Position numbers and translations under genes: made by a program. A stretch of 61,866 nucleotides of DNA, the filler included, from Catajapyx aquilonaris (lineage: Eukaryota), in the NCBI GenBank assembly GCA_000934665.2. It is 4 parts of 4 records of this genome, joined end to end, with 100 filler letters (N's around TTAATTAATTAA, not from the genome) between each part and the next. Parts side by side here need not be neighbours in the genome. Positions count along the whole stretch, not along the records: positions 1 to 15,180 come from KZ539705.1; positions 15,281 to 31,325 come from KZ539706.1; 2 more parts are not named here. One strand, given 5' to 3'. Below the pieces are notes generated by a model. That model did not search any database. It was given only the letters and a program-made list of their open reading frames with translations, and was not told the DNA's origin. Shown piece after piece: positions 12,136 to 23,091 of the stretch; position 1 is the stretch's first letter, and every line of letters starts with the position of its first letter.

Positions 12136-14480
12136 TTAGTAGGTAGTCAGCAATTTTTTGTAGTGTGGCAGTAGCATGTTTTGAGGGATATTTATGATTC
12201 TGGTTTGAAGAACATTAATATCATTTTTGGAAATGATTCCTAAGCGGACTCGTTGAAGCAATTGCACAAATCCATTATCATGTTGCTGCCTCATATTTAT
12301 CGTTAGTTCGTCGTAAGTGAACAGATCTTGCCACAGATTAACCACAGATGCGCCAAAGAGTTTTTCTGCATCCGCAGGGGAGAGAGTCTCAAAAATTGGA
12401 TCTTGATGAACAGGTTGTAGCTGACATAAGTCTCCAAAGAACAAGATGTGCTTTCCTCCAAACCAGCCATTCTCTTCATCTGAAGTTGCATAAATTTCTG
12501 ACAGACGGAAATGAATGTACATCAGGGTGAGGTTGGAGACCATGGACACCTCGTCGATGATGAACAGTACTACGTTCTTGAGCTCTCCTCTCATGAGCTG
12601 TAGGACTTCATCTGATAGAGGACGATATTTTGGGGTCCTCCCATGTTCTATCGGTAACTGCAGGAGTCGATGAATAGTGAGGCCATTGACATTGAATGCG
12701 GCGATGTCTGTCGGAGCGCTAATGGCGACCATCTTGTTCAACTCCTGACTGACCCAGGCTTGAATGGTGTGAATTAGGTGACTTTTTCCAGTTCCACCAG
12801 TTCCACTGCAAAACTTTCTCATGATTGTTGTGTCATTCGCTGTTAGGACATGTTGAACATACTTGAACACTCTTCTCTGATCACTGTTCAATATGTTAAT
12901 CATGTGCTGTACATCTACCTCAACATGGGCGATTTGATCCACCTCACGAAGATCATACATAGCATTGGCTGCCTCCACGGGCTGGAACTCTAAAGGGTTA
13001 TCAGGACAGTCCCCATCGACTTCTTTACAATGTCCAGCTTCTTCCAACTCGTCTACCCTTGCTTGGATTAGTTGAAAGGCAGTGTCAATCCTTTTCTGAA
13101 AGTCACACTGAAGCTCACTATAACTCAAGCCTTCTTCTATGTCATGTTTAGCCGCACGGAAAGCATCAGTATAGGTGGAGAAGTCAGAAATTAGTTCGCC
13201 TAGCTTTCGCCATGGTTTGAACAGAAGTAGTATGGAAGAGAACAACTGTTCTGGGAACTGATGCACGTCATATCTGTAGTGATTGATCAGATATGGGTGT
13301 GTGTAAGTCCATATTACCATTCCATGCCAACATGATTGCAGGGTTGTAGTCATTAATGTTGGCTTCCTCCTTGGATCTTTTAATATTGTACAGCCTTGAA
13401 TTAGAGGACAGAGTTTTTCTAGCAGCTATGGATTCTGTGACGTCCCTTATGATCATCTCGTCTGTTACGGGCCGAGGGAATCCAAATCGACAAACTTTCA
13501 TGAACCCTGTCGTGGTTTTTTTTGTTCCTTCTGCAGTAGTTGTTATGGTGGTGAGTCTGATATTTGGTAACACGCTCATGTAATGTTGGGCATGTCTGTT
13601 TGTTAGGAATGAGACAAGTAACATATTTAGAAATAAATTCTGCGACGCTTTCAGTTGACGATACTCCTAGGACGGGGGCGTCTTTAACCCACAACATGAG
13701 GTGGAAATGTTGTGCTCCGCGAGATTGATACTCGCGTCTCCAGAAGTAGTGATGAACGGGTCCTAATGGCTCATCTTTGAACAGAATAAAGTGTAGCATA
13801 GCCTTGAAGTAGTTGTCTATGAATCTTGATGCTGAGACTGGATCAAGAGCTACTAACTCACTGGTGGTCTTGTTTGCGAAATCCGGACCGTTCACTTGAC
13901 GAATGAAGTCGCCTAGTTCATTCCAACTCCATTCGCTGGGACTAATAGTGAGAAACCAAGTGGCAGGACCGTAATTCTGGGTCATGCAATTTACGTCATT
14001 ACGTGGTTTAGCCCAATATTGTTCGGTGTTTCTCAATCTCGAGAAAATGGCCGGCAGGTCTCCTTCTAACTCATCATTCTTAAGCATCTGCATGTATCTA
14101 GCTGCAGTGAGCCTTTCTTTGTGCTTAATGATATTGAGTTTATAAAATATGCCAGCACTCAGCTGTCGGATGTTAGCATCATTCAATAAATAGAACAGGT
14201 ATTGTTGATTGAGTCTGAATTGTGAGTGGCTGGACATAAGTTTGGTTTTTATGAAGTCAGAAGAGGTTAACTTTACTGACCTCTGCTGAAACTGGCCATA
14301 TTTTCCACGTGGGAATAAATCTGGAAGCATTTTACGTCAAGGTCCTTGTCCCGAGAATCTATTGGGGCTGCATTCACCTTGACCATTTGATACAATGCTG
14401 TAGCTGTCTCATTGAGTTTTTTTTTCGTGAAGAGGATAGATAGTGAACTGTTCATATCTATTTTCAAGCTCAGAGGTAAC
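12136..14480 (-). mobile_element. Decayed Helitron/Helentron-type RepHel (HUH replicase + PIF1 helicase)
   Basis: FPDLFP.G, YGPATWFLTISPSEW, HUH motif REYQSRGAQHFHLMLW, CRFGFP, INDYNPAIMLAWNGNMD, Walker A GTGGTGKS, Walker B IIDEVSMV, FGGKHILFFGDLCQLQPV, LTINMRQ. Frameshifts near 14325 and in the A8 run near 13520, an apparent internal deletion near 13300, and 3' truncation. Confidence 0.93.
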
Positions 14481-14493
14481 CTGAGTTAAGAGG

Positions 14494-14830
14494 TTGGAAT
14501 TTTTTTCGTGTTTGCGGTGGCACAATATGGATCCGAGATGGCCGACTTCCGTTTTTAAAATTTTCCTGGCGGTATCAGACGATGACAGATTTTTGTACCA
14601 AATTTGGGATCTGTACGATAACTGGAACTGGTCATTTGCAAATTATTGTCGCCACCTATTATCAATTTTGTTGGAATTTTTTTCGTGTTTGAATGGCGGC
14701 AGTCTGGACCCGAGATGGCCGACTTCCGGTTTTGGACTTTTGCTGGTGGTTTCAGAGGAGGGCCAATTTTTGTACAAAATTTGGGATCTGTGCGATAACT
14801 GGAAGTTAGAAATCTTTTTGATTATCGCCA
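14494..14830. repeat. Tandem duplication, ~177-bp unit
   Basis: TTGGAATTTTTT.CGTGTTTG...CCGAGATGGCCGACTTCCG...AAATTTGGGATCTGT.CGATAACTGGAA starts at 14494 and again at 14671. Confidence 0.85.
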
Positions 14831-14844
14831 CCCCTATATATATA

Positions 14845-15180
14845 CAGGGTGTTTATTGTAACTCTGCAAAGACTTTCAGGGGTAATAGAGGGAACCAATA
14901 CAAGTATTTTTGACATAGGAACCCGTGTCCGGAAACGCCATCTAGAGGGGGTACATAGACAAGGAACGGGTGCGCTCAGACGCGTCAGGCGAGAAGCGCT
15001 AGGAGAGCGGACTGTTTTGTTGATAGGTGGCGCGCAGTTGTTGCCAGGTTATGGCGTATCGCGTCGTTGTAAGTAAACAAGAACGCATAATTTCATTATC
15101 CACATAGGCTGGCGAGCCGATGCCGAATCCAAGAGCTTCGGCAAAATGCCGCCAGGTGGCTGCAAATAAAAAAGGACAAA
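14845..15180. mobile_element. Tc1/mariner-like element terminus running into a contig end
   Basis: TA|CAGGGTGTTTATTGTAACTCTGCAAAG...; the first ~115 bp are nearly identical to 31212-31325. Confidence 0.7.
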
Positions 15181-15280
15181 NNNNNNNNNNNNNNNNNNNN
15201 NNNNNNNNNNNNNNNNNNNNNNNNTTAATTAATTAANNNNNNNNNNNNNNNNNNNNNNNNNNNNNNNNNNNNNNNNNNNN
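15181..15280. other. Artificial contig linker
   Basis: 44 N + TTAATTAATTAA (stop codons in all frames) + 44 N. Confidence 0.97.
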
Positions 15281-15562
15281 ATAATGGTGAATAATTGCAA
15301 ATTATTAGGCATATACAGTAGATGATTGCCAAGAATAAATTTCTCCACTACCAAAATGGCACAAATAATTCATGTATATGCAGGAAGTCCCCACGAGATT
15401 CCCTGGGTTATGAATGCTGATATGTTCCTGAAAATGTCTGTAGGTTATCTGCATGTAACCTGGATCCTTGATGAACAGTGCAGGTACAGGAACAACCACA
15501 ACAAAAATTAATTTATTATTATTATTATTATTATTATTATATTATTAATATTATTATTATTA

Positions 15563-17395
15563 CAGTATAATCTCGTTTTAGAGAATACCAACACAAAGAA
15601 ATTTCAATAGAACGCAATAAAAATAAAATTTTGGTTGGCCAGCCATAAGAGCGTAAGTAAAAGTATTTGTAATACCGTTATTACGAAATGCGTTACTACG
15701 AAATTTTCAGTACAACGAATACGAAAGGTGGTTCCCCGGCTAGTATTGAACCCGATATAACGAAATATGCACTAGTGAAATGCGCCGCCACACGTGCTCC
15801 AGCACTGTCTACTATAGCGATAAGTGAGTGCGCCGTACAACGACGTACAAGTGTGCCAGGAGTTGACAGATTCGGACATACTTGCGGGGGTGGTGCCAAG
15901 AAGTACCCTACCAATGTGGTTCCCACACATGACTCAGATTACAGTGACAACGAGGGTGAAGAAGTTGGGCAAGAGCATCAAGAAGAGACAATGACAATCA
16001 GAGATGCACTTTCTGCAATGGAAAGAGTCAAGCGCTTCTTGACTCGCGTTGACATTCCAGATGCCATCTTCCATCACGTTGCTGGTATTGAAACTTACCT
16101 AATGACAAGTGAATCCCGATGCTTGGTTCAAACCAAAATGACTGCTTTTCTGGACAGGGCATAATTTTATTTATTTATTTTTTGATTTATTTGACCTATC
16201 TCCCTCTTAAGGTGGAAATGAAGCGACTTGCTAATCAAATGAGAGTCTAGAATTGGAATGCTAATAAGAAGGGCTAAAATCAGGGAAACATACGCAACCG
16301 ATGCAGCAGTAAATGCTGTTCAATCCTATGCATTCCATTCGAATCTGCGTTTTAAACTCGATTTAATATGGGCCTATTACCGGCTGCAAGTTTTTGTGCG
16401 CAGGCGCCATTTTCACGACTGCCAACTTAAACATGGTATTTGGAGGTGTGCTTAATATTTTTTATTTTTGATGGAAATCGATTTAATCCGGTCGTAATTA
16501 CGAGGTCCCAATTTGTCATGGCATTTTTAAAAGTTCAGTTCCGAAAGGGGAGCCTGTAGCTCTTCATTTGTGTCGGATTTGGAACACGTTCAGTTGGTAC
16601 GCGGGTGACAGATAGAAGCGGCAACGCAGCAAAGGTCCGGGCCAATTATCGCGTAGCAATGTGACGTCATTGCCGGGTGGATTCGAATGATTCGATTTTT
16701 ATATTATAATTATAACTATATAAACCAATATAACGGTTCTGACGTCTGACAAACACCCCCGCCAAACGAAAATCCTGTGTGAGCCATTGTGAAAACCATC
16801 ATACTAACTTGCACTCATATTTCGCGGTCGTATGCAACCGTATCACGCTACCGTAAACAACGCTGTGTTGCCACGTCCTCACTCGAGTGGAGCAATGTGA
16901 CGTCACTGGATCATTTTCGGATCGTTTTTCAGCAATACAAATTGAAAGAGCATGGTGAGGTAGGTTTTTCTTTTTGCGGTTACGATCAGTATATAATTCC
17001 CGACATATTCCACATTAAATTTTAAAATTCTCATTTGCTTATCATTTTTTTGTGGACTATTGAAAATTCTGCCATAAGGGCCCATGTTAAATCGCGAACT
17101 TCTGAGACCTCTAGTTCGCTAATTTGCACGGTGACGTGGATTTTTCTTTGCACCATTGATAAGAGGACACAAAACTGCGTAACATATGTTTTTTTCATAA
17201 AATTCTCATTGAGTGACTCTAGCTTCATTTCCACCTTAATTCACAATTTGGGAGATCAGAAGTGATATTTGTTTGTAACCTCTAAGGCATGCTGCATTTA
17301 GGAAATAAAAATAACCGATCTGGATTTAATGAAACTCCGTTATTACGAAAAGATTTGCCTGGTCCCACGGGCTTCGTTGTAACGAGATTTTACCT

Positions 17396-17396
<1 letters not shown>
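15563..17396 (+). mobile_element. Tigger/pogo-like internally deleted DNA transposon
   Basis: TA-flanked imperfect TIRs CAGTATAATCTCGTT / AACGAGATTTTACCTG; ORF 15688-16164 ends in an acidic stretch plus TIRDALSAMERVKRFL...QTKMTAFL, like Tigger/CENP-B C-termini; no DDE core. Confidence 0.75.
16211..17235. mobile_element. Non-autonomous TTAA-targeting DNA transposon (Kolobok-like) nested in the Tigger
   Basis: TTAA|GGTGGAAATGAAGC ... GCTTCATTTCCACC|TTAA: 14-bp TIR, TTAA duplication, RR...YY ends. Confidence 0.8.
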
Positions 17397-17397
<1 letters not shown>

Positions 17398-17469
<72 letters not shown>

Positions 17470-17742
17470 TTAAATGTACCCCATGATAGAGCGGAGCCCT
17501 TTTAGGGGGGAAGGGGAGGTTCCCGAGGGAAGGCGCTGTAATTAGTCACTTCTGACTTTCTGAAATACACCAAACCTTATCTCCTGGCCCTGGGCAGAGA
17601 AGGGAGTGCAATTCTGCCCCGGCATGTCAGGTGAAAGGTGGAAAAAAACCTGGGCAAGCATAGGTGACGGGGACGGGATTTGAACCCCAGCCTCCTGCTT
17701 GGCTGGCCAGTGGCATAACCTCCAGACCACCATGCCTCCCCT
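17398..17742 (-). mobile_element. tRNA-derived SINE, head family A, with (AAT)n tail
   Basis: On the minus strand: A-box-like TGGTGGTCTGGAGG, B box GGTTCAAATCC; homologous to 17959-18200. Confidence 0.8.
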
Positions 17743-17958
17743 AATTATTATTAATTATTGTTATTGTTGTTGTTGCTGTTCACCATCATCATCATCATCA
17801 TCATCATCATGGGTGCTAACATAAATCTCCTGATCCAATGAACCACTCACGCCATGCAGGTGTGTTTGCGTGCGGAAGAAAGTATTTCCCCATTATAACT
17901 AATAGAATAAAACAGAATTTACGTTGAACTTTGTGTTGGTCAGTATAAGCTGAAGTGA

Positions 17959-18319
17959 GGGGGGCATGGTGGTTAGTGGCTATGCTACTGACCGGCCAAG
18001 AAGGAAGTCTGGGGTATAAATCCCGTCCCTGTCCTATGCTTGGGTGGGTTTTTTTCCACTTTTCACCCGACATGCCCGGACAGAATTGCACTCCCTTCTC
18101 TGCCCAGGGCCAGGAGAAAAGGTCTGGTATTTACGAGGGTCAGAAATGACTAGAAACTACGTAAGAGTGCCCTCCCTCAGGAACATCCCCTTCCCCACAC
18201 ACCCGCAGACCTGGGCGTTTCATATAAGGGTTCGTTATGTACATCATATATTAAGATAATGTCCATGTGATATACCCGACAGGGTGAAATAACTACCCAC
18301 AATTATTATAATATTATTT
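17959..18319 (+). mobile_element. tRNA-derived SINE, head family A, with 15-bp target-site duplication
   Basis: TATAAGCTGAAGTGA at 17944-17958 and 18320-18334; shared core CAGAATTGCACTCCCTTCTCTGCCCAGGGCCAGGAGA. Confidence 0.85.
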
Positions 18320-18424
18320 TATAAGCTGAAGTGACCGAGAGTGGAGGGATCAGAAGTAAAACACAAACTGATGTCTCTGCTTTAATGTGAAGGCCCAAGT
18401 GGTGAAGGGGAGNNNNNNGGGGGG

Positions 18425-18464
<40 letters not shown>

Positions 18465-18919
18465 CACAAAAGGACAGCGAGGGGAAATAGGCTGGTGAGA
18501 GCTGGAAAGCAAGTGCCATCTGGTTTATTTTATGAGGACTACTGTACCGTATTACAAACAGCCACAGATTTCATTGTAAATTATCCTTATGGGGACCCTT
18601 GAGAGTGTGGTTGTTAAGTATGAATGCTGTAACCCACGGACTTCCTGTACTACTGCATATGTTGGCCTGATATGACACTTTACCCAAAACAGTTTTCCCC
18701 AACCACACTTGAACCTTTTTGTTAATTAAATGTAAGGTATATAAGAGGTGTGAAGTAGAGTGGTAGTGTGATAAAAATTATGGCATAATTGGGATCTCTT
18801 AGTTCTGGCACAATACCACAAGAAGAATATGCCAATCCTTATGGCTTGTATTGTTTGCATATTCACAATTTGGCAAGAGCAGAAAGTGATCTGCCACATG
18901 GGGGATACAAAGAATCTGT

Positions 18920-19270
18920 ATTTATTTTTTTATTTTTTTTGAAGTTACCCCGTGATAGGACCTTAGGCCCTCTTAGGGGGGTGGAACACCACCATTCCTT
19001 CAATTTTCAGGCTTTATCTTCATTCACCGTGCAGGGATACAGGGGTATAGGGTAAGGGTGGGGATTTTTGGGGAGGGAACATGGGTGCAAGTGCAATGTC
19101 GGTAAAGGGTCATGTGCTGTTCCCCACGAGGCTAGGTTGCCAGACACCTCCTTGGTGCAGGTCACAGACCCTCCTGACGCAGGCAAAAGGGAACTCCCAG
19201 GTGGGGATCGAACCTTGGGACCTTTCACTCAGCAAGCCCAAACATTCCCATCTAGGGCACCACACCTTAA
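18920..19270 (-). mobile_element. tRNA-derived SINE, family B
   Basis: Reverse complement of the 54469 element: B box GGTTCGATCCC and core CCTGCGTCAGGAGGGTCT.TGACCTGCACCAAGGAGGTGTCTGGCAACCTA. Confidence 0.85.
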
Positions 19271-19861
19271 CCACAAAGAATATAGTAACTGAGGCACATA
19301 ATAAAGTTGAGGGCTGTTTGTCCAAATTCAGTAGAGCATGGCAACTGGATAAGAAGTGCTCAACCATACTATCGTAGCTCCACAGTTGGCAGATTGCTTG
19401 CTGTTAATGCCAAATCATGGATATGTGAATGGGTCTTAATTCCTCTAATATAAATCTGTGAGAAGTGTTTGCAGTGAAAGGGACGAGAGATTGGTGAGAG
19501 GAGCTTAAAAAGGTAGGCTATGGTGGGCGATGGTGGCAGACCAATGTAAGTAGCAGGGCAAGCCCAGAAGCATTTCATGAACAACTACCACTAATATCTT
19601 GCTAATATTAATTATCATGTATCAGGAACTGGATGCGTGAGGAATGCACGTTCCATCATGAAAATATCTTTTCACAAAATTTCCAGGTTAGAGATGTAAA
19701 TTAGGTAAAAAGATTTCAGGCTTCAGGTGTAAAAAGTCACTGGACAGAACTCAAGTGACATTTCATTGGACAAGATGTTGTCAAGTGAAAATAATTGCTA
19801 TGGTGAAGTAATGGTAATGTAATGTCTATGTTCACAGTTATGGTTGAGTGCAAAAACATAC

Positions 19862-22800
19862 CTCCATCTCCCTTTAACTTCCGTTTCTCCTCTTGGGTTT
19901 TCTTCCAGGCCTGGAACCGTTTTTCTGCACAGTGCTTCAGGACTGTTTCCTCTGATCCCTGATAAATCAGAAAAATCCATTATGAAAAACTCCACAAGCA
20001 TAATACACATTGGGCACACATGATGGGCAGACACTCTTGTACAACAGGAGGATCTGGTGATCCCTTAACACACTCCAAGGTAAAAATTCTCAACATCAAT
20101 TGTGGCTGGGAAGTGCAATAAAAGTATGCAGAACAGTAAGTTACGGCCATATCACATATGCAAGAAGTATACTTCGAGTAGAAGTCCAGCATTAGCATTT
20201 GAGGTTGAGGAGTACTAACTAACTGTAAGTGAAATAGATCCAACTGGACTGCTCTTGTTATCAATCTGTGGTTAATTTTTTTCAACTATTAATAACAAGC
20301 TCCATATGGCCAGATTCATTTTACTGGGTTCAGTGTTCCCCATCTATCCTCCTAAAACAACTGCAATTTAACTGCCCATTCCGATTCAGGTATCCAAGTT
20401 CCAACTCCACTTTGCGGCTCATCCCAAAATAATGTAGAATATTTTGGGTTTGGATTAGTATAGAGGTTCCCAAACTTTTTGAGTCGCGGAGCACTTTTTA
20501 GGAGAGATATTCATGACAGAGCACTAATATCATCGAGCCACATAGGCAGAAAAAATTCTGGGGTGGAGAGGGGGCAGCGCCAAATTAGTAAATGGGAAGG
20601 TGAGGGGGGAAAGGGCGGCGCAGGCGAAAATTTTCTGGGTTCAAGGTCACACATGATACTGAGAGATTTGAATGGGCTGTTGAAGAAGTCCTTTTTACCC
20701 AACCTCTTCGCGGAGCACTTGGAGAAGCTTCACGGAGCACAGTTTGGGAACCTCTGGACTAGATGATATGAATAGGCCTACTTTCTAACCGTTTGTGTGG
20801 CCTTGAACCCAAAAAAAATTTCGCCTGTGGCGGACGGCGGTTGGTGAATGTAACTGACAAAGTAGGCTACAGTGGAATCCTCCTATACTGTCAACACATC
20901 GGATACAACCAAGTACTGTAGAAAGGTCGGTCCCTTCATATTTCCATCAGTGCCAATGTACAATACCATAAAAATTAGCTATTCAGAGGTTAATGAAGTC
21001 AAATTTCTTTCGAATATTTAGTTTGACAGAAGCTCTCACCAGATAAGTGATGTTATGGTTAACAAACAGTATTGATGGTCATCATTCACGTCCTTTATTG
21101 ACATAGCTTTAACGTAACTTGAAAAATATGATTTTCCCCCAGTATCTTGGATTTTTCATTGCGTGAGAATTTTGTAGGGGGGAGGGTGGGGGGGACTTAG
21201 CCAGCTGTTATTATTGATAATTAATTTTTCGGGTCACCTGTACTACTTACAGCAGACGAGTACAGGGTCGAATTTTAAAATTTTTGTCCAGATGCCAAGT
21301 TTGCACTCCGGACTTTAATCTGGAGTGCAAATCGCTTACTTGGAGTGCTTAATTTTTAATTATTATTGGGCATAGCCATGTTTAAAAACAGAGCCAATTG
21401 CAGTACAAACTTTGCACTCCAAGGCTGAGTTTGAAGTGCAGATGACAATTTTGGAGTGCAAATGATTACACTTTTGCATCCAAATATTTGGGCCTCTGTG
21501 ATTATTTACCTCTTGGGAGTAAGGTGTCCCGACGCAGAGGGGCCCTTTTGGGCCCGTGACATCTAAAGAAATTTACAAACTTCGATTGTAATGAAATTAA
21601 TGCGTGGTTTTGATATTTTACCTGAAAAATAGTATAAGTTTATGACTGCTAAAGCAGTGGGGGAGGGGGGGGGGTTACATAAGTTCAATTGTAATAGGAC
21701 CAGCCCCGCCCCCTACCGCCCCCTGTGGGAGGGGCCCAGCGACCTGTACACACCGGCTCTGTGTATCGATGTATAGGCCTACACGTACTAGAATGAGCCC
21801 CTGCATACATATGCCCATTTTTCTGCACACCTCGCAAGAGACAGGGTAATCTCCCGATGGTAAAACGACTGTAAGAGCATGAGTTCTTGAAAGGGCCACA
21901 AGCCCACAGGGAAACAACTTAAAAATAAAAAAGATTAGGCCCCGGAGGGGCCCCTAAATTTCGTTGGGCCCAGGGCACATGCCCCTTCGGTAATACGGCC
22001 CTGATCATGTCCCATAAATATGACAAGATATTAAAATTTATTACCCATGAATGAAAAGTGATTTATTCTAAGGCCTTACGGAAAGGTAGACAAAGGCATC
22101 TGGAATGAGGCTGTTTTCTAGCATGTACTCGAAATCTTCTTCCAAGCTAGGGAAACTGTCCAGGATAAAACCAGTTGATCGATATGGCTCTTGCATCCAC
22201 AGAGGTTTTACCACTAAGTCCAACACAGAGTGGGGAAGTACTTCTCCGTCACAGAGGAATGCCTTCATGGCCCTCTCATCGCTAGTTAGCTTCACTTTCT
22301 TTCTGCATGGTAATAACAGGTAATTATTATTTACTTCATAAATAGACTTAATATACTATGAAATTATTATACAATTGGCCAAGTTAATAACACCCAAGTG
22401 GGCATCGATATCTACACAAATAATACACATTTAGCAGATAATTTTTTTAAATAACAGGAGGTTATGAAAAACAATCCTTTCTTGCCTCAAGTGTGTTGCA
22501 AAATAACTGAGTAAATATTCTTCCTACTCACGGTTTGTTAAGTAAAGCATCCTCCTCATTCATCTCCTTCATCATTTCAGCTCTGAACTCTTCATCGATG
22601 TCCTCCTCATCCCCCTCATCATCATCTTCAGGCTGTGGATCATCTTCATCTGTGAGCAGCTTGTATTCAGGCCCTATCTTCTTTCCAGTTTTAGGAAGCA
22701 ACAATTCCTGAATTCTCTCCTTAAAGTCTATGTAGAAGATCCCATACTTCTCTGGACAGATGCGGCCAACAGTAGTTTTACCCACACCATATGGACCTAA

Positions 22801-23007
22801 CAGGTAGAGGAAGAGATAAAAGGTTTTGTCTATAGTGGGCATACAAGTGAAATCCACAAAGTCCAGTCTTGCTGGTTTAGATTTATTTACACCGCTAACA
22901 ATACGTAGCATTCTTTTCTGCTCCAAATGATTGATAACGAACCAGGAAGCCAAAATTTTCTCTTGCACTAGCATGTAAACAAGTGGAAGGCCAAATCTTT
23001 GCCTTTG

Positions 23008-23091
<84 letters not shown>

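Noticed and set aside
14494..14830. Repeats as a CRISPR-like array
   Set aside because: Only two ~177-bp units, no unique spacers, no cas genes, and a eukaryotic context.
15225..15236. TTAATTAATTAA palindrome repeated at 15225, 31370 and 46641 as a biological motif
   Set aside because: Always centred in exactly 44 N on each side; a standard all-frame-stop assembly linker.
17289..17486. Poly-Tyr ORF
   Set aside because: Translation of a (TAT)n microsatellite that is a SINE tail.
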